In this document: positions 1-7,246 of the stretch, one piece after another
Layout: each line of letters begins with the position of its first letter
Position numbering within the stretch: the first letter of the stretch is position 1
NCBI GenBank assembly: GCA_934090795.1
Contig: CAKOJQ010000002.1
Coordinates: 13,250 to 77,249, forward strand
DNA from: an uncultured Bacilli bacterium
GTDB taxonomy: Bacteria > Bacillota_I > Bacilli_A > RF39 > UBA660
Reading direction: 5' to 3'
Length of the DNA stretch: 64,000 bases
The notes under the pieces: generated by a model
The model's database searches: none
What the model was told of the DNA's origin: nothing
What the model saw: the letters and a program-made list of their open reading frames with translations, nothing else
Translations under genes and position numbers: made by a program

Positions 1-841
1 AGCTTACAATAGAAATAAGATTAAGAAGAATATAGATTTTAGGCATGATGTAAGTAATACAATACCAGATATGTTATATGGTGATTCAATAAAAGTAAAA
101 CAAATTATAAATAGTGTCATAGATAATTCAATAAAAAATACTAGTGAAGGATTTATAGAACTAAGAGTATCATGTATAGTAAAATATGATATATGTAGAT
201 TAATAATATCAGTAGAAGATTCAGGATCAGGAATAGATTTGGTAAAACAAAATAAGATATTAAGTGATAATTCTGAATTAAATGTAAATGAAATAAAAGG
301 AAAAGATGATTTAATAGTAAATTTAAAGATAGTAAACAAATTAATTAATATGATAGGTGGAACATTATCAATTGAATCACTTAATAATAATGGAACAATA
401 GTAAATATAACATTAGATCAAAAGATAGTACAAAGTGATGGAAGTACGTTAGATGAAAAATTAGATACATATAATAAATATATGAGTGATAAAAAAATTA
501 TAGGTATAATAAGTGAAAATAAAGATAATGTAAAAGTAATAAAACAAATTGGAAAGAAAAATAATTATAATGTAGAATCATTTGAAATGACTAAAACTTG
601 TTTAGATAAAATAAGAGATGGGGAAGTATTTGACACAATTGTGATAGATGAAGATATGGATAAAATAGATGCTAGAAGTTTCTTAGATAAAGTAAGAAAA
701 GTAGAGAGTTTTAAGGGAAAAGTATTTGTTATAACGAAGAAAAAGAGTATTCAGTTAAAGAAAGAATTAAAAGATTATGGCTTTGATGCTATATTAATTG
801 AGCCTTTAAATAAAAAAGATGTAGAGGTTAATTTTAAATAA
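1..841 (+). CDS. Hybrid sensor histidine kinase paralogue, C-terminal part (5' end lies outside the window)
   Basis: Reading frame is open from the window edge (codon phase starts at nt 2). The translation is identical to the C-terminal ~280 aa of the 2822..4618 kinase: N-box VIDNSIKNT, G1 EDSGSGID, receiver-like tail. Confidence 0.7.
   Translation, partial: AYNRNKIKKNIDFRHDVSNTIPDMLYGDSIKVKQIINSVIDNSIKNTSEGFIELRVSCIVKYDICRLIISVEDSGSGIDLVKQNKILSDNSELNVNEIKGKDDLIVNLKIVNKLINMIGGTLSIESLNNNGTIVNITLDQKIVQSDGSTLDEKLDTYNKYMSDKKIIGIISENKDNVKVIKQIGKKNNYNVESFEMTKTCLDKIRDGEVFDTIVIDEDMDKIDARSFLDKVRKVESFKGKVFVITKKKSIQLKKELKDYGFDAILIEPLNKKDVEVNFK
1..841. repeat. Direct repeat copy A, identical to 3778..4618
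   Basis: Colinear match at constant offset 3777 with no mismatch found by eye. Track ORFs 71..841 and 4..339(-) translate identically to the C-terminal 256 aa of 2822..4618 and to 3781..4116(-). The left boundary is cut by the window edge. Confidence 0.95.
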
Positions 842-905
842 AAATAATTAATAGATATGAATATAATAGGTGTTAATTTTATGTAATTTTGGGGGAATTA
901 TAAAA

Positions 906-2762
906 ATGAAAAAAGAGGATTTAATAGAGTTAAAGAAAAAAATAATAGAATTATCTAATAAAGAAAAAAAAGAAAGAGATATTTATTTAAGAGATATTGC
1001 TACTGATAAAATTTTAGGACCACAACTTGGATATCCTGAAATTGATAAACCATGGTTGCAATATTATGATTTAAATAAAAGCATAAATCATATAGATATG
1101 ACTGTATATGAATCATTAGTTTATCATAATCAAAATCATTTAAGTGAAGAAGCAATAGAATATTTTGGTGCAAAAATTTCATATAAAAAATTATTTAACA
1201 TGATAGAATCTGTTGCTAAATCTTTCAAATATAATGGAGTAAAAAAAGGAGATTTTGTTACAATTTGTTCTCCTGGTATTCCTGAAACGGTTTATAGTTT
1301 TTATGCACTATCTAAGCTTGGAGCAGTTGCTAATATGGTTGCACCATATTTTGATAAGCAAGACTTTGTAGATAGAATTTCTGATTGTAATAGTAAAATA
1401 TTAATTGTGATGGATAGTTTTTATGATGAAATAAAAGAGGCTGTTAATAAATCAATTATAGAAAAAATTATTATAGTTCCTACTTTAAATTCATCACCTT
1501 TAGGTTTAATTGGTAAAAGAGTTAAAGTAAATAAGAATAATAATGAAGTTTTATGGAATAATTTTCTAAATGAAGGTAAAAAAATAGAAGATTTAGAAAT
1601 AGTTTCATATGAAAAAGATCTACCTTTAGTAATGGTATATTCTAGTGGTACTACGGGTTCTTCAAAGGGAATTCTTTTAACTAATGATAGTTTTCAAAAT
1701 TCAGTAAGTGCTTATTTTAATTCGGGTTTAGATATTCATAGAAATCAAAAATTTTATCAAATTATACCAACATGGTATTCTACGGGGATTAGCACATCAG
1801 TACATTTACCACTTAATTGTGGCGCTACTGTTTTTATGGATCCTAGATTTGAAAGGAAAATTTTTATTAAAAATGTTTTAAAGGCAAGGCCTAATTATGC
1901 GGTTGCACCTACAAGTATGTATGAAGGATTTCTTGATAATCCTTGTTTGAAAAAACATGATCTATCTTATTTTACTAATGCATTTGAAGGTGGAGAGCCT
2001 CTTAGTGAAGAATTAGCAACTAGAATTAATAATGTATTTGAGGAACATAACAATAATTCTAGTATTAAAGTAGGATATGGACAATGTGAGTGTGGGGCAA
2101 CAATAACAACGCAAAATAATTTAACTGATCATTGCAATGGCTCTGTTGGTGTTCCGTTACCAGGAATTAATATTCGAATTTGTGATGATAATATGAATTC
2201 ATTACTATTTGGTGAAAGGGGACAAATTCTAGTTGATACTAAATCTAGCATGATTGGTTATTTTGCAAATAGAGAAGAAACAGATAAATATTTTTATATA
2301 GATGAAAATGGGCATAAATGGAATTGTACTGGTGATATCGGCTATATTGATGCAAAAGGAAATTTATTTGTTCAAGGTCGTGCATCAGACTACACTATTG
2401 TAAATGGTGAGAAATTTTATAATTTTGATATTGAAAATATTATTAAACAAGTTGATGGTGTAAAATTATGTGATGTTTTACATAGAAATATTAATGATAA
2501 GCAAGAATTTGTTGTACATTTGATTTTAGAAGACAATTTAGAAAATACCAATCATTATGATATTTTTAAAAGAATTCAAGATGCTGTTTATCAAGAAACA
2601 CATAATTTGAATATGGTTCCTAATGTATTTAAAGTAAGAAGTGAATTTCCTTATGCTAAATCTGGAAAAAGAGATATAGGAAAAATGATGAACGAAACTG
2701 ATGGTTTTTTAGAATTAAAGTTTGATGCTGCTAAAAATAAATATTTGCTAAAAAGAAAATAA
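906..2762 (+). CDS. AMP-dependent synthetase/ligase (acyl-CoA synthetase family)
   Basis: AMP-binding signature YSSGTTGSSKG and hinge motif GDIGYIDAKGNLFVQGRASD. A GGGGGA RBS lies ~9 nt before the ATG at 906; the track ORF starts at the upstream GTG 870. Confidence 0.85.
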   Translation: MKKEDLIELKKKIIELSNKEKKERDIYLRDIATDKILGPQLGYPEIDKPWLQYYDLNKSINHIDMTVYESLVYHNQNHLSEEAIEYFGAKISYKKLFNMIESVAKSFKYNGVKKGDFVTICSPGIPETVYSFYALSKLGAVANMVAPYFDKQDFVDRISDCNSKILIVMDSFYDEIKEAVNKSIIEKIIIVPTLNSSPLGLIGKRVKVNKNNNEVLWNNFLNEGKKIEDLEIVSYEKDLPLVMVYSSGTTGSSKGILLTNDSFQNSVSAYFNSGLDIHRNQKFYQIIPTWYSTGISTSVHLPLNCGATVFMDPRFERKIFIKNVLKARPNYAVAPTSMYEGFLDNPCLKKHDLSYFTNAFEGGEPLSEELATRINNVFEEHNNNSSIKVGYGQCECGATITTQNNLTDHCNGSVGVPLPGINIRICDDNMNSLLFGERGQILVDTKSSMIGYFANREETDKYFYIDENGHKWNCTGDIGYIDAKGNLFVQGRASDYTIVNGEKFYNFDIENIIKQVDGVKLCDVLHRNINDKQEFVVHLILEDNLENTNHYDIFKRIQDAVYQETHNLNMVPNVFKVRSEFPYAKSGKRDIGKMMNETDGFLELKFDAAKNKYLLKRK

Positions 2763-2821
2763 GTTTTATTAATAGAAATTTATTTTCTTTTTTGTTATTA
2801 TTAAAATGGTGAAAGTAGATT

Positions 2822-4618
2822 ATGACAAATAAAACATTATTAATAATTTTTAGTTTAATATATATGTTTGGATTAAATTTTTTATATTTTTCTAAAACAA
2901 GATTGAAAAATAAAGAAAATAAAGTATATAAAATAATGCTTATAGTTAACATTATAGGTTTGATTTTACAATTATTATGTGATTATGTGTCTTTTAAATA
3001 TGATATTGTTCCTAAAATAATATCTACAATAATTTATAAGTCGTATTTAGTTTACTTTATTGTATTTGTAAATTTAATGTTACTCTATTTAATAATTTTA
3101 GTGTTTAATAAATATGAAAGATTATTAATTAAGTGTGATACTGTAATAACTTTTATTGAATCATGGATTGTTTGTATGGCACCATATAGTTTATATAGAA
3201 ATGTTAAAACTAAAACGTATTATACATATGGTTTAGCTATTAACATATCATTTATATTTTCAGCTATTGTTTGTATATTTATGTTTGTTGTATTAATTGT
3301 GAATCATAAGAAAATATCCAAAACTAAGAGTATTCCAATATATTTATTAATTTTTTCAGGTCTTATTTCTGCTGCTATCCAACATACTTATCCTGATATT
3401 CTAATAATAACTTCTATGGAAAGTTGTATTTGTTTTTTAATGTATTTTACGATAGAAAATCCTGATTTAAAGATGTTAGAAGAGGTAACAAAGATTAAAG
3501 AAATAACAGAGAAAACTAATGAAGATAAATCATCATTTTTATATCATGTTACAGATGAAATGAATTTAGTATTAAATAATGTAAAAACTAAATTAAATAA
3601 CATAAATAAAATGAATGATATTAGTGAAATTAAACATAGTTTAAAAGAAATAGATGCAATAGTTGACAATAGTAAAAAAAGAGTAAATGCAACAATAAAT
3701 ATTTCAGAGATGGATTCTAAAGAATTAAAAGTAATAAATAATACTTATAATATAGTAAATTTATTAAATGGAATAGTAGCTTACAATAGAAATAAGATTA
3801 AGAAGAATATAGATTTTAGGCATGATGTAAGTAATACAATACCAGATATGTTATATGGTGATTCAATAAAAGTAAAACAAATTATAAATAGTGTCATAGA
3901 TAATTCAATAAAAAATACTAGTGAAGGATTTATAGAACTAAGAGTATCATGTATAGTAAAATATGATATATGTAGATTAATAATATCAGTAGAAGATTCA
4001 GGATCAGGAATAGATTTGGTAAAACAAAATAAGATATTAAGTGATAATTCTGAATTAAATGTAAATGAAATAAAAGGAAAAGATGATTTAATAGTAAATT
4101 TAAAGATAGTAAACAAATTAATTAATATGATAGGTGGAACATTATCAATTGAATCACTTAATAATAATGGAACAATAGTAAATATAACATTAGATCAAAA
4201 GATAGTACAAAGTGATGGAAGTACGTTAGATGAAAAATTAGATACATATAATAAATATATGAGTGATAAAAAAATTATAGGTATAATAAGTGAAAATAAA
4301 GATAATGTAAAAGTAATAAAACAAATTGGAAAGAAAAATAATTATAATGTAGAATCATTTGAAATGACTAAAACTTGTTTAGATAAAATAAGAGATGGGG
4401 AAGTATTTGACACAATTGTGATAGATGAAGATATGGATAAAATAGATGCTAGAAGTTTCTTAGATAAAGTAAGAAAAGTAGAGAGTTTTAAGGGAAAAGT
4501 ATTTGTTATAACGAAGAAAAAGAGTATTCAGTTAAAGAAAGAATTAAAAGATTATGGCTTTGATGCTATATTAATTGAGCCTTTAAATAAAAAAGATGTA
4601 GAGGTTAATTTTAAATAA
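2822..4618 (+). CDS. Membrane-bound hybrid sensor histidine kinase with degenerate H-box, G2-box and receiver
   Basis: ~6-7 N-terminal TM helices. DHp-like segment KSSFLYHVTDEMNLVLNN, then HATPase_c (GDSIKVKQIINSVIDNSIKNT, EDSGSGID) and a C-terminal REC-like domain (TIVIDEDMD, VFVITKK). GGTGAA RBS. Confidence 0.8.
   Translation: MTNKTLLIIFSLIYMFGLNFLYFSKTRLKNKENKVYKIMLIVNIIGLILQLLCDYVSFKYDIVPKIISTIIYKSYLVYFIVFVNLMLLYLIILVFNKYERLLIKCDTVITFIESWIVCMAPYSLYRNVKTKTYYTYGLAINISFIFSAIVCIFMFVVLIVNHKKISKTKSIPIYLLIFSGLISAAIQHTYPDILIITSMESCICFLMYFTIENPDLKMLEEVTKIKEITEKTNEDKSSFLYHVTDEMNLVLNNVKTKLNNINKMNDISEIKHSLKEIDAIVDNSKKRVNATINISEMDSKELKVINNTYNIVNLLNGIVAYNRNKIKKNIDFRHDVSNTIPDMLYGDSIKVKQIINSVIDNSIKNTSEGFIELRVSCIVKYDICRLIISVEDSGSGIDLVKQNKILSDNSELNVNEIKGKDDLIVNLKIVNKLINMIGGTLSIESLNNNGTIVNITLDQKIVQSDGSTLDEKLDTYNKYMSDKKIIGIISENKDNVKVIKQIGKKNNYNVESFEMTKTCLDKIRDGEVFDTIVIDEDMDKIDARSFLDKVRKVESFKGKVFVITKKKSIQLKKELKDYGFDAILIEPLNKKDVEVNFK
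3778..4618. repeat. Direct repeat copy B, identical to 1..841
   Basis: See copy A. Identity ends exactly after the TAA stop: 842 is a, 4619 is t. Confidence 0.95.
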
Positions 4619-4679
4619 TTCGACAAAAGTTTACATATCTTGACAATAGTTGTCAGGATATTTTCTTTTTATTTGTCAC
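4619..4679 (+). promoter_or_regulatory. spo0A upstream region with Spo0A-box-like elements
   Basis: TTCGACA at 4619..4625 is the exact reverse complement of the 0A-box core TGTCGAA. Inverted repeat TGACAA-tag-TTGTCA at 4641..4655. TTGTCAC at 4673..4679. A TATAAT-like -10 lies ~40 nt before the RBS. Confidence 0.45.
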
Positions 4680-4739
4680 ATTTAAGTGTATAATTAAATT
4701 ATGTGGTATTTATATAATAAAAGATGAAAAGGAGAGAAA

Positions 4740-5492
4740 ATGAAAACCAAAATACAGGTATTTATTGTAGATGATAACAAAGAAGTTATCAATGAAGTAA
4801 AGAAGTATTTTAGTAGTAAGAATGTTGGTGTAGAAATAGTAGGATCTTGTTCTAATGGAGAAGATGCTTTAATTGAATTAAAAGAAAATTATGGTAGTTA
4901 TGATTTAGTTTTAATGGATTTAGTTATACCAAAGAGAGATGGACTTAGCGTCTTAGAAGAATTAAAGAAAGAAAATATAAATATTAAAAGTATAATTACT
5001 ACATGTATAAATTCAGTGGATATAATTAAAAAGTGTATGGATGTTGGGGTAAGTTATTATATGTTAAAACCATATAATTTAGATTCTTTAGCTGATATTA
5101 TTAAAAGAATTGTTAATAATCAAAATAAAATAAGAATTGATAATAAAGACTTACAACAAGCTATAACAAATTTATTACATTCACTTGGAATGCCTAGTCA
5201 TATTAAAGGTTATAGTTACATTAGAGATAGTATTAGTTTAATGTATAATAAACCTAGTATGTTAGGTGCTATTACAAAAGAATTATATCCGGAAATTGCT
5301 AGTATGTATGATACAACTTCATCAAGAGTTGAAAGAGCAATAAGACATGCAATTGAGGTTAGTTGGACTAGAGGAGATTATGAAGTAATGGAAGAAATAT
5401 TTGGTCACTCTGTTGATTATGATAGAGCAAAACCAACTAATTCAGAGTTCATAGCTACTTTAGCAGATAAATTAAGATTAGAAATACATTAA
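4740..5492 (+). CDS. spo0A: Sporulation master regulator Spo0A
   Basis: Receiver domain (IVDDNKEV, LVLMDLVIPKRDG) plus the Spo0A-specific C-terminal domain including SRVERAIRHAIEVSWTRG. AAGGAGAG RBS. Confidence 0.95.
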   Translation: MKTKIQVFIVDDNKEVINEVKKYFSSKNVGVEIVGSCSNGEDALIELKENYGSYDLVLMDLVIPKRDGLSVLEELKKENINIKSIITTCINSVDIIKKCMDVGVSYYMLKPYNLDSLADIIKRIVNNQNKIRIDNKDLQQAITNLLHSLGMPSHIKGYSYIRDSISLMYNKPSMLGAITKELYPEIASMYDTTSSRVERAIRHAIEVSWTRGDYEVMEEIFGHSVDYDRAKPTNSEFIATLADKLRLEIH

Positions 5493-5496
5493 TTAA

Positions 5497-5520
5497 GGAT
5501 AGCTTAGGCTGTTCTTTTTT
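5497..5520 (+). terminator. Rho-independent terminator after spo0A
   Basis: GGATAGC-ttag-GCTGTTC: a 7-bp stem including G-U pairs, followed by T6. Confidence 0.65.
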
Positions 5521-5573
5521 AGATAAAATTTTTTTATTTTTCGGAAAATCGCAAAATTTTGTTAAAAAAAGTA

Positions 5574-5601
5574 TTGACATAATAAATTTTAGTTGTAAAA
5601 T
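5574..5601 (+). promoter_or_regulatory. Sigma-A-type promoter of the small-ORF module (copy 1)
   Basis: TTGACA (5574..5579), 16-nt spacer, TAAAAT (5596..5601). Confidence 0.6.
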
Positions 5602-5632
5602 ATTGATTAAATTTATTTAAAGGAGAAAAGGT

Positions 5633-5749
5633 ATGGCTAAAGTATTTAAAGAAATTAATTTTATTATTTCTAAAAATATCAATGTTAAATACAATTGTGG
5701 TTTTAACTTTGGCTGCGCATGCCTTAATATTGAAAATAGTTGGCGTTAA
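5633..5749 (+). CDS. 38-aa small ORF MAKVFKEINFIISKNINVKYNCGFNFGCACLNIENSWR (leader peptide or small Cys-containing peptide)
   Basis: AGGAG RBS 7 nt upstream of the ATG, its own promoter and its own terminator. The second copy encodes the identical peptide, with one synonymous difference (Ile33 ATT/ATC). The ORF is below the size cutoff of the ORF track. Confidence 0.45.
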   Translation: MAKVFKEINFIISKNINVKYNCGFNFGCACLNIENSWR

Positions 5750-5781
5750 AGAGTGTTATTTTGCTCTTTGGCGTCTTTTTT
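5742..5781 (+). terminator. Strong rho-independent terminator overlapping the small-ORF stop codon
   Basis: GGCGTTAAAGAG-(10 nt loop)-CTCTTTGGCGTC followed by T6. The 5' arm contains the last codons TGG CGT TAA. Confidence 0.8.
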
Positions 5782-5797
5782 AATTGGGAGGTGTTTT

Positions 5798-7237
5798 ATG
5801 AAAAATATTACTATTGATGATTTGCTTGAAAAATTAAAGGAATACAATGCGGAGGAAGTAGAAATTGTTAATAAAGCATATAAATATGCAAAAAATTTAC
5901 ATGCAGGACAATTTCGGCAAAGCGGAGAACCTTATATAAATCATCCTCTTAATGTAGCATATATTTTATGTGAAATGCATGCTGATAGAGATACTATATG
6001 TGCTGGATTACTTCATGATACATTAGAAGATACTAATATAACAAAAGAAGATATTGCACATGACTTTAATCAAAATATTGCTAATTTAGTAGATGGAGTT
6101 ACAAAGTTATCTAAAATGAATTTTTCTTCTAAACAAGATCAAAATTATGCAAATACGAGAAAGATTATAACTGGTATAACTGATGATGTTAGAATTATTA
6201 TAATTAAACTTGCTGATAGACTTCATAATATGAGAACTTTAGAGTTTAAATCTGAATTTAAACAAAAGGAAAATTCACTTGAAACTATGGAAATATTTGT
6301 TCCTCTTGCTTATTATATAGGAGCTTATAGAATAAAGAGTGAGCTTGAAGATTTATCGTTAAAATATTTGAAACCTGATATGTATAAAACGATAGAAGAA
6401 AGGAAATTAAAAATTGAAGAATCTAGTAAAGATTGTTTAATGGAAATGTTAGGTAAAATAGAAACATTACTTAATGATAGAAATATTCCTAATGAGATAA
6501 AAGTTAGAACTAAAAATATTTATGGAATATATAAAAGATTAAATGAAGGGCATAAGATATCTGATATACATGATTTATTAGCACTTAAAATAATGGTAGA
6601 TGAAATATCGAATTGTTATTTGACTTTAGGATTAATACATAAAGAATATCATCCTATAAATGAGAAATTTAAAGATTATATTTGTAATCCTAAAACAAAT
6701 ATGTATAGAAGTTTACATACAACTGTGTTTGGACCGGATGAAAGAATTGTACAAACTCAAATAAGAACATTTGAGATGGATAGAGTAGCATCTTTTGGTC
6801 TTACTGCATATTGGGATGAACAAAAAGGAAGAGCAAGAGATGTAATGCAGGAAGATTTAAAACAAAAATTTCAATTCTTTAAATCTTTAATAGAAATTAA
6901 TTCTATGTTTGGGGATAACCAACAATTTGTTAATCAAGTAAAGAATGAATTATTTGCAGATAGAATTTATGTTTATACAACTAAAGGAGATATTATAGAA
7001 CTTCCAAAAGGGGCTACACCAATAGATTTTGCATATAAAATACATACTGATATAGGTAATACGATGGTTGGCGTATTTGTTAATGATGAATATGTACCAG
7101 TTGATTATGTTTTACATAATAAGGATAGAGTAAGAATAGTTACAGATGATTATTCTTTTGGGCCAAGAGAGGATTGGATTGAGAAAGCTCAAACTAGCCT
7201 GGCTAAAAAGAAAATAAGAGAGTTTAATAGGAGATAG
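5798..7237 (+). CDS. rel: RelA/SpoT-homologue (Rel), truncated after the TGS domain
   Basis: HD hydrolase motifs (GEPYINHPLNVA, HDTLEDT), synthetase-fold motifs (YRSLHTTV, QIRTFEM), TGS (GATPIDFAYKIHTDIGN). GGGAGG RBS 6 nt before the ATG at 5798; the track ORF starts at upstream GTG 5753, inside the terminator. Confidence 0.85.
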   Translation: MKNITIDDLLEKLKEYNAEEVEIVNKAYKYAKNLHAGQFRQSGEPYINHPLNVAYILCEMHADRDTICAGLLHDTLEDTNITKEDIAHDFNQNIANLVDGVTKLSKMNFSSKQDQNYANTRKIITGITDDVRIIIIKLADRLHNMRTLEFKSEFKQKENSLETMEIFVPLAYYIGAYRIKSELEDLSLKYLKPDMYKTIEERKLKIEESSKDCLMEMLGKIETLLNDRNIPNEIKVRTKNIYGIYKRLNEGHKISDIHDLLALKIMVDEISNCYLTLGLIHKEYHPINEKFKDYICNPKTNMYRSLHTTVFGPDERIVQTQIRTFEMDRVASFGLTAYWDEQKGRARDVMQEDLKQKFQFFKSLIEINSMFGDNQQFVNQVKNELFADRIYVYTTKGDIIELPKGATPIDFAYKIHTDIGNTMVGVFVNDEYVPVDYVLHNKDRVRIVTDDYSFGPREDWIEKAQTSLAKKKIREFNRR

Positions 7238-7246
7238 GAGAAAAAT

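Larger units (their letters stand above)
5490..5784. repeat. Dispersed repeat copy 1: terminator-promoter-small ORF-terminator module
   Basis: Aligns with 12302..12595 at constant offset 6812. I found 6 substitutions and one 1-nt T-tract length difference. Confidence 0.9.

Noticed and set aside
4-339. 111-aa minus-strand ORF, with an identical twin at 3781..4116
   Set aside because: It lies antisense to the well-supported kinase reading frame, has a low-complexity Phe/Ile/Leu/Ser-rich composition and has no RBS. It is duplicated only because it sits inside the 841-bp repeat.
1000-2952. Short minus-strand ORFs 1000..1182 and 2731..2952
   Set aside because: They lie antisense to, or overlap, the AMP-ligase and kinase genes. 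They have no RBS and a composition typical of antisense frames in AT-rich DNA.
5490-5784. The 295-bp module as a MITE, an IS remnant or an AgrD/RiPP precursor locus
   Set aside because: It has no terminal inverted repeats or target-site duplications. No AgrB, radical-SAM or lanthipeptide-type modification gene is nearby, and the peptide lacks a signal or leader architecture. These ideas remain possible but have no support in the sequence.
5753-5797. Upstream starts given in the ORF track, e.g. 5753 for rel, 870 for the ligase, 9863 for leuS, 19230 for cysS and 31299 for the E2-like gene
   Set aside because: These are non-ATG or RBS-less starts. Downstream ATGs with well-spaced Shine-Dalgarno sequences match the conserved N-termini. 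The 5753 start would lie inside the terminator hairpin.
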